Source: an uncultured Gemmatimonadales bacterium
GTDB taxonomy: Bacteria; Gemmatimonadota; Gemmatimonadetes; Longimicrobiales; Gaopeijiaceae
Direction of reading: 5' to 3'
DNA length: 64,000 nucleotides
Assembly: GCA_963809895.1 (NCBI GenBank)
Contig: CAWELD010000003.1
Location: forward strand, 192,001-256,000
How positions within the stretch are numbered: the first letter of the stretch is position 1; every line of letters starts with the position of its first letter. Under the pieces are notes generated by a model, which was not told the origin of the DNA, did no database searches, and worked only from the letters and a program-made list of their open reading frames with translations. Position numbers and translations under genes: made by a program. Positions 50,652 through 59,918 of the stretch are shown here, piece by piece.

Positions 50652-51965
50652 ATGGACAACTGGCTCGGGAAACTCTGGCGATCTCCGGAGGTCCGCGAGA
50701 AGCTGACCTTCACCGTATTCATCCTCCTCATCTACCGGATCGGCGCGCACGTCACCGTTCCGGGCCTCGACGTGGGGGTGCTGCGGGAGCAGTTCGGCCA
50801 GCTCCAGGGCACGCTGTTCGGGGTCTACGACATGTTCGTGGGCGGAGGCCTGTCCAGGGCCACCATCTTCGCCCTGGGCATCATGCCGTATATCTCGGCG
50901 TCCATCATGTTCCAGCTCCTGGCTGCCGTCTTCCCCACGGTGGAGAAGATGCAGAAGGAGGGGGACGACGGACGTAAGAAGCTGACCCAGTGGACGCGCT
51001 ACGTCACCGTGGGGCTGGCGGCCATGCAGGCCTACGGCTACGCGGCCTTCCTGCAGAGCTTCCAGGGCGCGGTCCGGAACCCCGGGTTCGGCTTCACCTT
51101 CACCACCGTGGTGGCGCTGACCGTGGGCGCGGTGTTCGTGATGTGGCTCGGTGAGCAGATCACCGACCGCGGCGTGGGCAACGGCATGAGCCTGCTCATC
51201 TTCTTCAGCATCATCGAGGGCTTCCCCGGCGCCCTGGCGCGCACCTGGGAGTCCTTCCGCCTGAACGAGATCGGCATCTTCTCGCTGGTGGCGCTCCTGG
51301 CGGTGGTGGTGGGCGTCAGCGCCGGCGTGGTGGCCATGACCATGGCGGCCCGCAAGATTCCGGTGCAGATCCCGCGCAAGGTGGTGGGGCGCGGGCGCAT
51401 CCGCGAGGGCCAGAAGAGCTTCATTCCGCTGCGCGTGAACTCGGCGGGCGTGATGCCCATCATCTTCGCCCAGTCGTTCATCATCGTGCCCGGTACCATC
51501 GCCGCCTTCAGCAAGATGGGATGGCTGTCGAACCTGGCCCAGATCTTCCAGCCCAACAACTGGGTCTACTACGTCACGTACTCCATCCTCATCCTCTTCT
51601 TCACCTACTTCTACACCGCCATCATCTTCAACCCGGTGGATCTGGCGGAGAACCTGAAGAAGCAGGGGGCGTTCATTCCCGGCGTGAAGCCCGGCGCCCG
51701 CACGGCGGAGTACATCGACCGCATCCTGACGCGCATCACGCTGCCCGGATCCATCTACCTGGCCATCCTGGCGCTGCTGCCCTTCTGGATCGTCGACCTC
51801 TTCGGCATCCAGGCCTTCTACTTCGGCGGCACGAGCCTGCTCATCGTGGTGGGCGTCGGCCTGGATACCGTTCAGCAGATCCAGCAGCTCCTGCTGGTGC
51901 GCCACTACGACGGCTTCATGAAGAAGGGTCGTGTGAAGATGCGTGGCCGCCAGCGCTACATGTGA
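50652..51965 (+). CDS. secY: Preprotein translocase SecY
   Basis: ALGIMPYISASI, WLGEQIT.RGVGNG, FIPGVKPG and GGTSLLI. Confidence 0.99.
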   Translation: MDNWLGKLWRSPEVREKLTFTVFILLIYRIGAHVTVPGLDVGVLREQFGQLQGTLFGVYDMFVGGGLSRATIFALGIMPYISASIMFQLLAAVFPTVEKMQKEGDDGRKKLTQWTRYVTVGLAAMQAYGYAAFLQSFQGAVRNPGFGFTFTTVVALTVGAVFVMWLGEQITDRGVGNGMSLLIFFSIIEGFPGALARTWESFRLNEIGIFSLVALLAVVVGVSAGVVAMTMAARKIPVQIPRKVVGRGRIREGQKSFIPLRVNSAGVMPIIFAQSFIIVPGTIAAFSKMGWLSNLAQIFQPNNWVYYVTYSILILFFTYFYTAIIFNPVDLAENLKKQGAFIPGVKPGARTAEYIDRILTRITLPGSIYLAILALLPFWIVDLFGIQAFYFGGTSLLIVVGVGLDTVQQIQQLLLVRHYDGFMKKGRVKMRGRQRYM

Positions 51966-51975
51966 TCGGCGGGCG

Positions 51976-52626
51976 ATGATCGTGATCCTGCTGGGCCCCC
52001 CGGGGGTCGGGAAGGGGACCCAGGGAGTCCTGCTTTGCGAAGCCCTGGGTCTCACCCACCTGTCCACCGGGGATCTCCTGCGGGCCGCCCGGCGGGAGGG
52101 CACGCCGCTGGGGAAGAAGGCCCAGGGGTACATGGACCGCGGCGAGCTGGTCCCCGACGACGTCATCATCGGGATGGTGCGGGAGGCTCTCGAGGCGCTG
52201 CCGCCCGACGGCGGCGTCGTCTTCGACGGCTTTCCCCGCACGGTGCCACAGGCCGAGGCACTGGACCGGGTCCTGGCCGAGCTCGGACGTTCGGTGCACC
52301 GGGTGGTGGTGCTGCAGGCCGACGACGAGACCCTCGTCAAGCGGCTTTCGGGGCGCAGGAGTTGTCCGGAGTGCGGTGCCGTCTACAACGTGCACTTCAA
52401 TCCACCTGCGGCCGAAGGCATCTGCGACCGGTGCTCCCATGCCCTGGTGCACCGGGCCGACGACGCCCCGGAGACGGTGCGCAACCGGCTCGACGTGTAC
52501 CGCGAGTCGACCGAGCCCCTGATCCGCTTCTACGAGGGGCACGCGGCACCGGTTCGGTACGTGGAGGGTGACCAGGCGGTGGAGGAGGTCCAGTCGGCCA
52601 TGCGTCGGGCGGTGGAAGAGGGATGA
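51976..52626 (+). CDS. adk: Adenylate kinase (Zn-binding LID)
   Basis: GPPGVGKGTQ, STGDLLR, DGFPRT and CPEC...CDRC. Confidence 0.97.
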   Translation: MIVILLGPPGVGKGTQGVLLCEALGLTHLSTGDLLRAARREGTPLGKKAQGYMDRGELVPDDVIIGMVREALEALPPDGGVVFDGFPRTVPQAEALDRVLAELGRSVHRVVVLQADDETLVKRLSGRRSCPECGAVYNVHFNPPAAEGICDRCSHALVHRADDAPETVRNRLDVYRESTEPLIRFYEGHAAPVRYVEGDQAVEEVQSAMRRAVEEG

Positions 52627-53402
52627 TCCATCTGCGCTCCCAGGCGGAGATCGCCGCCATCGCTCGCGGCGGAGCCATCATCGGCCAGCTCTTCCAGGAG
52701 CTGGAGCCTCGCGTGGCTCCGGGGATTTCGACCGAGGCGCTGGACCGGTTCTGCGAGGACTTCATCCGGTCCTTCGAGGGCGCGGAGCCGGCCTTCAAGG
52801 GCCTGTACGGGTTCCCGGGGGCCGTGTGCATCTCCCTCAACGAGGAGATCGTGCACGGGATTCCGAGTCCGGACCGCACCCTGGCCGAGGGCGACAACGT
52901 CTCGGTGGACGTCGGGGTCCGTCGCGACGGTTGGTGCTCGGACTCGGCCTGGACCTTCGGCGTGGGTGAGGTGAACGAGGACACCGCGTCGCTCCTCGAC
53001 GTCACGGAGCGGTCTCTGGCCAACGCCATCGAGGCCGCGGTGCCCGGGAAGCACGTGGGGGACATCGGCGCCGCTGTGGTGGCGACGGTGCAGGGCTCCG
53101 GCCTGGGAATCGTGCGGGACCTGGTGGGGCACGGCGTGGGTCGCGAGGTCCACGAGGAACCCCAGGTCCCCAACGTGGGGCGTGCGGGGTACGGCCCCCT
53201 CCTGCGGGCAGGCATGGTGCTGGCCATCGAGCCCATGCTCAGCCTGGGGACGGACCGGATCCGCACGTTGGAGGACGGATGGACCGTGATCACCGCCGAC
53301 CGCAGCCGGTCGGCGCATTTCGAGCACACGGTGGCCATCACGGAGGACGGCCCGCAGATCCTCACCGCGGCCGGTCGAGAAGCTCCGACCACGGCCTCGT
53401 GA
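52623..53402 (+). CDS. map: Methionine aminopeptidase type I
   Basis: VHGIP, GHGVG..HEEP, AIEPM and SAHFEHT. Confidence 0.97.
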   Translation: MIHLRSQAEIAAIARGGAIIGQLFQELEPRVAPGISTEALDRFCEDFIRSFEGAEPAFKGLYGFPGAVCISLNEEIVHGIPSPDRTLAEGDNVSVDVGVRRDGWCSDSAWTFGVGEVNEDTASLLDVTERSLANAIEAAVPGKHVGDIGAAVVATVQGSGLGIVRDLVGHGVGREVHEEPQVPNVGRAGYGPLLRAGMVLAIEPMLSLGTDRIRTLEDGWTVITADRSRSAHFEHTVAITEDGPQILTAAGREAPTTAS

Positions 53403-53443
53403 GAAGGGGCGGGCCCGCTGGTCGAATCCGTTGTCCTGACGCC

Positions 53444-53472
53444 TTGAAGGGGCGTGGGGCAGTCGTTATAGT
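53444..53472 (+). promoter_or_regulatory. sigma70 promoter for rpmJ and the alpha operon
   Basis: TTGAAG-N17-TATAGT. Confidence 0.7.
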
Positions 53473-53510
53473 AATAAGCTCTGCCAGAAACGGACGTGGA
53501 GTGCGTTCAC

Positions 53511-53627
53511 ATGAAGGTTCGTAGCAGCGTCAAGCCGATTTGCGAGCATTGCAAGGTGATCCGCCGCCGAGGGGTGGTGCGGATCATCTGCAGCCGCAAT
53601 CCGAAGCACAAGCAGCGGCAGGGATAA
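53511..53627 (+). CDS. rpmJ: 50S ribosomal protein L36; not in the ORF track
   Basis: [38 protein letters not shown]. Confidence 0.98.
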   Translation: MKVRSSVKPICEHCKVIRRRGVVRIICSRNPKHKQRQG

Positions 53628-53630
53628 CCC

Positions 53631-54011
53631 ATGGCTCGTATTGCAGGCGTCGACCTCCCCAGGGGAAAGCGGATCGAGGTCGCTCTCACCTACATCTACG
53701 GCATCGGCGATTCCCGGGCTCGCGACATCCTGGAGGCCACGGGGATCAACCCCGATCTCCGGACGCACGAGCTGGGAGACGAAGAGGTCAATCGCCTCCG
53801 CCGCCAGATCGAGGGCAACTACAAGGTCGAGGGTGCGCTGCGCACCGAGGTGTCCATGAACATCAAGAGGCTCATGGACATCGGCTGCTACCGTGGCCTC
53901 CGCCATCGGCGAGGTCTGCCGGTCCGGGGTCAGCGGACGCACACCAACGCCCGTACGCACAAGGGGGGCCGCCGGCCCATCGCCGGAAAGAAGAAGGCCC
54001 CCAAGAAGTAG
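53631..54011 (+). CDS. rpsM: 30S ribosomal protein S13
   Basis: MARIAGVD and [17 protein letters not shown]. Confidence 0.99.
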   Translation: MARIAGVDLPRGKRIEVALTYIYGIGDSRARDILEATGINPDLRTHELGDEEVNRLRRQIEGNYKVEGALRTEVSMNIKRLMDIGCYRGLRHRRGLPVRGQRTHTNARTHKGGRRPIAGKKKAPKK

Positions 54012-54139
54012 CGTAGCACCGCGCACGCCGGGACGGGTTCCCGGTGGGCGTGTTTCCTGGATGCGGCGTCCCGGCGACCCAGGAGTCGCGGACTCGCCGC
54101 ATCCACGTTTGTTCGCCAGGTCTGACGAGGGAAGGAAAC

Positions 54140-54532
54140 GTGGCCAAGGGTAAGCCAACCCGCACGAAGCGCACCAAGAAGGTGGTGGAAGCGGACGGCG
54201 TCGCACACATCAAGGCGACGTTCAACAACACCATCATCACCATCACGGACAGCACCGGAAACGCCGTGGTCTGGGGCAGCGCCGGCAAGGCCGGCTTCAA
54301 GGGCTCCAAGAAGTCCACGCCGTTCGCTGCGACCGTGGCCGCCGAGCAGGCGGGCCGCGAGGCCGTGAGCATGGGTGTCAAGCGTGTGGCCGTCCGGGTG
54401 CAGGGTCCCGGATCGGGCCGCGAGTCCGCGATTCAGGCTCTGGCGTCCGCCGGGCTGCACATCAAGTCGATCCAGGATGTGACGCCCCTTCCGCACAATG
54501 GGTGCCGGCCCCCGAAGAAGCGCCGCGTCTAA
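54140..54532 (+). CDS. rpsK: 30S ribosomal protein S11 (GTG start)
   Basis: ATFNNTI, KSTPFAA and PHNGCRP. Confidence 0.98.
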   Translation: MAKGKPTRTKRTKKVVEADGVAHIKATFNNTIITITDSTGNAVVWGSAGKAGFKGSKKSTPFAATVAAEQAGREAVSMGVKRVAVRVQGPGSGRESAIQALASAGLHIKSIQDVTPLPHNGCRPPKKRRV

Positions 54533-54545
54533 CTGAGGTTCCAGG

Positions 54546-55181
54546 ATGGCTCGATATACCGGTCCGGTTTGCAAGCTCTGCCGCCGTGAGGGGCAGAAGC
54601 TCTTCTTGAAGGGGATCAAGTGCTACACGGAGAAGTGCCCGGTGGACCGGCGCACCTATCCGCCCGGTCAGCACGGTCCCGCGCAGGCGCGTCGCCGCAA
54701 GCAGTCCGACTACGCGACGCAGCTGCGGGAGAAGCAGAAGGTGAAGCGGATGTACGGCATGCACGAGAGGCAGTTCCGCTCCCTCTTCGAGCAGGCGAAC
54801 CAGCAGCAGGGCGTGACGGGTGAGAACCTGCTCGTCCTGCTGGAGTCGCGCCTGGACAACGTCATCTTCCGCATGGGCTTCGCGGCCAGCCGGAACCAGG
54901 CCCGCCAGTTGGTGCGCCACCGGCACGTGGAGGTGAACGGCCACCCGGTGGACGTTCCCAGCTATCGGGTGCGGCAGGGAGACGAGATCGCCATCCGTGG
55001 CGCATCCCGGGACATGGCGGTGGTCCAGGGCAGCCTGGAGTCCCGCACCCGCCCCTCCATGGTGGAGTGGCTGACGCTGGACGAGAAGAACCGAGTGGGT
55101 CGTGTGGTCCGGAAGCCCACCCGCCAGGACATCCCCATGGCGGTGCAGGAGCAGCTCATCGTGGAGCTCTACTCCAAGTAA
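54546..55181 (+). CDS. rpsD: 30S ribosomal protein S4
   Basis: CKLCRREG, PGQHG, LESRLDN and IVELYSK. Confidence 0.98.
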   Translation: MARYTGPVCKLCRREGQKLFLKGIKCYTEKCPVDRRTYPPGQHGPAQARRRKQSDYATQLREKQKVKRMYGMHERQFRSLFEQANQQQGVTGENLLVLLESRLDNVIFRMGFAASRNQARQLVRHRHVEVNGHPVDVPSYRVRQGDEIAIRGASRDMAVVQGSLESRTRPSMVEWLTLDEKNRVGRVVRKPTRQDIPMAVQEQLIVELYSK

Positions 55182-55265
55182 TCGGACGACGGACCCACGG
55201 GGATGGACGTCCCGGGGGGTCCGCAGCCAACGGAGTTCCCAGTGCCGAGGCACGAGGAGGATATT

Positions 55266-56312
55266 GTGGAGATCGATCTGATCGGATTGGTGCTTCCCGA
55301 GCGCATCGAGGCCGCGGAGACGTCGGAGGACGGGCGCACCGCCCGCTTCGTCGTTGAGCCGCTCGAGCGCGGCTTCGGGCATACGTTGGGCAATTCCGTC
55401 CGGCGAGTCCTCCTGTCGTCGCTGCGGGGGTCCGCCGTATGGGCGTTCCGCATCGACGGCGTGGTGCACGAGCACCAGACCATCCAGGGCGTGGTGGAGG
55501 ACGTCCATCAGGTCATCCAGAACCTCAAGGCTCTGGTGGTCATGCTGGACCCCGATGTCGAGGACGCCGTGCTGGAGATCCGCGCCGAGGAGAGCGGCCC
55601 GGTGACCGCCGGCATGATCCAGGCGCCCTCCGGCGTGGAGGTCCTGGACGACGACCACCACATCCTGACCCTGCAAGAAGACCGCACGCTCAACATCGAG
55701 CTCTACGTCAACAAGGGCCGTGGCTTCGTCCTCGCCGAGCAGCACGAGCTGCCTCGGGGCGCTCCCGTGGATCTGGTGCGCATCGATGCCATCTACAACC
55801 CGGTTCGGCGCGCCAACTTCAACGTGGAGGAGACCCGGGTCGGCCAGCGGACCGACTTCGACCGTCTGACCCTGCACGTGGAGACCGACGGCTCGGTGGA
55901 TCCCGAGGATGCGGTCCGCTACGCCGCCGCCCTGGTGCGGAAGCACCTGGAGTACATGCTCTATTTCGGCGAGGGCGGCATTCCCCAGGCGACGCCTCCG
56001 GGCGCCGTGGCGGTGCCGGAGCGCCTCCAGGACCTCTTCGCCCGGCCCATCGAGGACCTGGCGGAGCTGAGCGTGCGGTCCCGGAACTCGCTCCAGAAGG
56101 AGAACATCCGCACGCTCGGTGATCTCGTGCAGAAGACCGAAGACGAGATGCTCGCCATCGAGAACTTCGGCAAGAAGTCGCTGAAGGAGATCGCCGACTT
56201 CCTGGACGATCACGGGCTGCGGTTCGGGATGCGCCTCGAGGCAGGCGACGACGGTCAGCTCTATTTCGTGGACGAGGCGGAGGAAGCCGAAGAGGCCGCC
56301 GAGGCCGAGTAA
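55266..56312 (+). CDS. rpoA: RNA polymerase alpha subunit (GTG start)
   Basis: EPLERGFGHTLGN, RVGQRTDFD, LSVRSRN and NFGKKS; GAGGAGG SD. Confidence 0.97.
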   Translation: MEIDLIGLVLPERIEAAETSEDGRTARFVVEPLERGFGHTLGNSVRRVLLSSLRGSAVWAFRIDGVVHEHQTIQGVVEDVHQVIQNLKALVVMLDPDVEDAVLEIRAEESGPVTAGMIQAPSGVEVLDDDHHILTLQEDRTLNIELYVNKGRGFVLAEQHELPRGAPVDLVRIDAIYNPVRRANFNVEETRVGQRTDFDRLTLHVETDGSVDPEDAVRYAAALVRKHLEYMLYFGEGGIPQATPPGAVAVPERLQDLFARPIEDLAELSVRSRNSLQKENIRTLGDLVQKTEDEMLAIENFGKKSLKEIADFLDDHGLRFGMRLEAGDDGQLYFVDEAEEAEEAAEAE

Positions 56313-56342
56313 GGCGATCCTCCCAGCGCACATCGGATTACC

Positions 56343-56696
56343 ATGCGTCATCGCAAGAAGGGTAGAAAGCTCTCGCGGACCGCCAGCCACCGGCGGGCCA
56401 CGTTGCGGAACATGGCTCAGAACCTGTTCCGCCACGGGCGAATCGAGACGACCACGGCCAAGGCGAAGGAGCTGCGTCCGTACGCGGAGAGGCTGATCAC
56501 GCTGGCCAAGCGCGGCGACCTCCATGCCCGCCGGTTGGTGGCGGCGCGCATCGGCGATCGCAACGTCGTGGGGGCGCTCTTCGACGAGATCGCACCTCGC
56601 TACACCGAGCGTCCCGGTGGCTACACGCGGATTCTGAAGTTGGGGGCCCGCAAGGGCGACGCGGCGGAGATGTCGCTGATCGAGTTGGTGGATTAA
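56343..56696 (+). CDS. rplQ: 50S ribosomal protein L17
   Basis: [17 protein letters not shown] and GGYTRI. Confidence 0.98.
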   Translation: MRHRKKGRKLSRTASHRRATLRNMAQNLFRHGRIETTTAKAKELRPYAERLITLAKRGDLHARRLVAARIGDRNVVGALFDEIAPRYTERPGGYTRILKLGARKGDAAEMSLIELVD

Positions 56697-56745
56697 GTTG
56701 TCCCGCGTTCGATCATCGGAACATCCCATCAAAGGAACGGCGGAA

Positions 56746-57285
56746 ATGGCCCAGAGCGGATCGCGGAGGGGAGCTTCGAACCTCGGAATCCCCCTCATGC
56801 TCCTCAGCTTCATACTTCTCGGCGGATTCCTGTACTGGCTGTACATCACTGCGGTGCCGACGGAGCCCGCCGTGACAGAGCAGGCCGACTCCACCGCGGC
56901 GGACATGACCGCCATCGCGGCGGACCCCGGCTCCCTGGCCATCGATGCAAGTCAGTACGAGGGTCAGACCGTACGGCTGCCGGCGCTCGAAGTGGCCGCG
57001 GCGGTGGGCCGGAGGGCGTTCTTCCTGAATCTGACGGACCAGACGCCGTTTCTGGTGCGCATGGACTCCGCGTTGGTGGCGCGGGGTATGACCGTGCCCA
57101 CGGGTCGCGTCCGGGTGGTCGGGGACGTGGTTCCCATGACGGACAGCATCATCACGCAGTGGACGTCGGCGGGTGACATCACCGAGGGGGATCGCCCGGT
57201 GGTGGAGTTCGCCACCCACTTCATTCTGGCACATCAGGTGCAGTCGGCTCCGCCCGCTGGCGACGGATCGTCCGGCGGCAACTGA
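56746..57285 (+). CDS. Hypothetical single-pass membrane protein
   Basis: AAGGA SD; one N-terminal TM helix followed by a beta-rich soluble domain. Confidence 0.7.
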   Translation: MAQSGSRRGASNLGIPLMLLSFILLGGFLYWLYITAVPTEPAVTEQADSTAADMTAIAADPGSLAIDASQYEGQTVRLPALEVAAAVGRRAFFLNLTDQTPFLVRMDSALVARGMTVPTGRVRVVGDVVPMTDSIITQWTSAGDITEGDRPVVEFATHFILAHQVQSAPPAGDGSSGGN

Positions 57286-57313
57286 CGCACCGAACGACAG
57301 GACAGACGGAATC

Positions 57314-57526
57314 ATGGCTCGAGTGTGCTACGTGTGTGGCAAGCGCCCCGCTACGGGGAACAACGTGAGTCACGCGAACAACCGGACGAAGCGTCGTTGG
57401 CTTCCGAACCTGCAGACGGCGCGCATCGTCGATGCCGACGGCACCCGCAAGCGTGTGCGCGTATGCACCTCGTGCATCTCTGCCGGGAAGATCCGCAAGG
57501 CTCCCCCCGTGAAGGCCGGGGCCTGA
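57314..57526 (+). CDS. rpmB: 50S ribosomal protein L28
   Basis: [10 protein letters not shown]...[20 protein letters not shown]...VCTSC. Confidence 0.97.
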   Translation: MARVCYVCGKRPATGNNVSHANNRTKRRWLPNLQTARIVDADGTRKRVRVCTSCISAGKIRKAPPVKAGA

Positions 57527-57554
57527 GGCAGGGCGTCCGTATCCATCCGTCCTA

Positions 57555-57592
57555 CGACGCCCCCGGCCGCCGCGCGCGCGCCGGGGGCGTCG
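57555..57592 (+). terminator. GC-rich hairpin after rpmB
   Basis: 13-bp stem CGACGCCCCCGGC/GCCGGGGGCGTCG with no strong U-tract. Confidence 0.5.
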
Positions 57593-57697
57593 CGCGTTCG
57601 GGGTCCTCACTCAGGGCTGGCGTCGCGGGCGTGTTCCTTGCAGCGTCGGTTGGGGCTGGGCCGTCGACGTCGATTCCCCCCGTATCGTGGGCATCCG

Positions 57698-58504
57698 GTG
57701 AGCGCACAGCGTACACGTGATCTCGATCGAATCCGCCGGGCCCTCGCGGCCGGGGCGGAGGCCGTGCGGCCCTTCACGCCGGGCCAGGTGGCGTTTCGGA
57801 CCAAGGAAGCGCGCAACGACCCGGTCACCGAGGCGGACCTGGCCGTGGACCGGGTGCTGCGGGAGCTCCTGCCCGGGGACGACGAAGGCTGGCTCTCCGA
57901 GGAGACCCGGGACGATCCCGTGCGCCTGGAGCGTCGGCGTGTCTGGGTCGTGGATCCCCTCGACGGAACCCGCGAGTTCGTGGAAGGGATCCCGGAGTGG
58001 TGTATCTCGGTCGGGCTTCTGGAGGACGGGCAGGCCGTGGCGGGCGGAATCTTGAATCCCGCCACCGGGGAGCTCGTTCTGGGATCGGTGGAGACCGGCA
58101 TCGTGGCCGGGGGTGGCGACGCGGCGGACACACGGGTCGCCGGCCTCTCCGGAGCTCGTGTGCTGGCGAGCCGCAGTGAGGTGAAGCGCGGAGAGTGGGC
58201 CGGCTTCCAGGAATCCGATTTCGAGGTGGTTCCCTGCGGGTCGGTCGCCTACAAGCTCGGGCTGGTCGCCGCGGGCCGGGCCGACGCCACGTGGACCCTT
58301 GTTCCCAAGCACGAATGGGACGTGGTGGCCGGTGTCGCGCTCATCCGCGCCGCGGGCCTGGTCGCCATGCACGCCGACGGGTCGCCTCCGCGTTTCAATC
58401 GGCCTTCGCCCCTGCTGTCGAACCTGCTGGCGGGACCCGCGACACTCCTGGAGGACCTGCTGGCGCGCCTGCAGGGAGATCACCCCGCCGCCGCTGCCGA
58501 TTGA
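57698..58504 (+). CDS. cysQ: CysQ-like 3'(2'),5'-bisphosphate nucleotidase / inositol monophosphatase family
   Basis: DPVTEAD, LSEE, WVVDPLDGTREF, LASRS and EWD; lies near cysDNC. Confidence 0.75.
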   Translation: MSAQRTRDLDRIRRALAAGAEAVRPFTPGQVAFRTKEARNDPVTEADLAVDRVLRELLPGDDEGWLSEETRDDPVRLERRRVWVVDPLDGTREFVEGIPEWCISVGLLEDGQAVAGGILNPATGELVLGSVETGIVAGGGDAADTRVAGLSGARVLASRSEVKRGEWAGFQESDFEVVPCGSVAYKLGLVAAGRADATWTLVPKHEWDVVAGVALIRAAGLVAMHADGSPPRFNRPSPLLSNLLAGPATLLEDLLARLQGDHPAAAAD

Positions 58505-58529
58505 AAGCCGTTGCCGGCCCGTTCATATT
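58501..58529 (+). promoter_or_regulatory. Putative sigma70 promoter for the nucleotide-sugar dehydrogenase
   Basis: TTGAAA-N17-CATATT. Confidence 0.45.
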
Positions 58530-58564
58530 CACACACCCATCCCTCCCCGCAATCCCCCACCCCC

Positions 58565-59884
58565 ATGAACAAGACGGACACCGTGGAACGCCGTTTCCGC
58601 GACGACGAGGTGACCTTCGGCGTCGTCGGCATGGGCTACGTAGGCCTGCCTCTGGCGGTGGAGGCCGCGGGCCAGGGGATCAAGGTCCTGGGGCTGGACA
58701 TCAATCAGTCGGTGGTGGAGGCCATCAACGACGGCCGCAGCCACATCCAGGACGTGCCGGAGTCGCGCGTGGCCGAGCTGGTTCGGTCGGGGCGCCTGGA
58801 GGCGACCCACGAGATGGAGCGTCTCGCCGAGTGCGACGTCGTGTCCATCTGCGTCCCCACCCCGCTCTCCAAGACCCGTGATCCGGACATCTCCTTCATC
58901 ATGGCCTCCACGGAGGCCGTGGCCAGACACCTGGTGGACGGCCAGCTCATCGTGCTGGAGTCCACCACCTATCCCGGGACCACGCGGGAGATCCTCTTGC
59001 CGGCTCTGGAGGCCACGGGGCGGACGGTGGGAGAGGACTTCTTCCTCTGCTTCAGCCCGGAGCGGGTCGATCCCGGCAACCCGGTCTGGAGCACGCGAAA
59101 CACACCCAAGGTGATCGGGGGCATCACCGAGCGTTGCACCCGGGTGGGCTGCGCCTTCTACGAGCGCTTCATCGAGACCATGGTTTCGGTGTCCTCGTCG
59201 GAGGCCGCCGAGCTCACCAAGATCCTGGAGAACACCTTTCGGGCGGTGAACATCGGCCTGGTCAACGAGACGGCGCTGATCGCGGACCGTCTGGGCGTCG
59301 ACGTCTGGGAGGTCATCGAGGCCGCGGCCACCAAACCCTTCGGCTTCATGAAGTTCCTGCCGGGACCGGGGCTCGGAGGCCACTGCATTCCCGTGGATCC
59401 CCACTACCTGTCCTGGAAGATGCGCACGCTGAATTACCGCACGCGCTTCATCGATCTGGCCTCGGAGGTGAACGCCGAGATGCCTCTGTTCGTGGTGGGC
59501 AAGGTCCAGGACGCGCTCAACCGCCACCGCAAGGCCGTCAACGGATCCCAGGTGCTGGTTCTGGGCGTCGCCTACAAGAAGGACATCGACGACGTGCGAG
59601 AGTCCCCGGCGCTGGACGTGATCCGCCTGCTCGAGGCCGATGGCGCTCAGGTGAGCTACCATGATCCGCACGTTCCCTCGGTGGTGGAGGATGGCCACCG
59701 CTGGGACTCGGTGGCGCTGACGCCCGACGCTCTGGCCGCTGCCGACGTGGTCGTCATCGTCACCGACCACTCGGACTTCGACTTCGACGTCATCTTCGAA
59801 CAAAGCCGTGCCCTGGTGGACGCCCGTCACGCCGTGACCCGGGAGACCGGGCGTCGGGGCGGCCGCTGGATCGTGAAGTGGTGA
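58565..59884 (+). CDS. Nucleotide-sugar dehydrogenase (UDP-GlcNAc/UDP-Glc 6-dehydrogenase, WbpA/WecC family)
   Basis: GMGYVGLP, CVPTP, ESTTYPGTT, SPERVDPG, GGHCIPVDP and DVRESP. Confidence 0.93.
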   Translation: MNKTDTVERRFRDDEVTFGVVGMGYVGLPLAVEAAGQGIKVLGLDINQSVVEAINDGRSHIQDVPESRVAELVRSGRLEATHEMERLAECDVVSICVPTPLSKTRDPDISFIMASTEAVARHLVDGQLIVLESTTYPGTTREILLPALEATGRTVGEDFFLCFSPERVDPGNPVWSTRNTPKVIGGITERCTRVGCAFYERFIETMVSVSSSEAAELTKILENTFRAVNIGLVNETALIADRLGVDVWEVIEAAATKPFGFMKFLPGPGLGGHCIPVDPHYLSWKMRTLNYRTRFIDLASEVNAEMPLFVVGKVQDALNRHRKAVNGSQVLVLGVAYKKDIDDVRESPALDVIRLLEADGAQVSYHDPHVPSVVEDGHRWDSVALTPDALAAADVVVIVTDHSDFDFDVIFEQSRALVDARHAVTRETGRRGGRWIVKW

Positions 59885-59918
59885 AGCCTGGCGCCTGCCA
59901 CCCCGGTACCCTGCCTCG

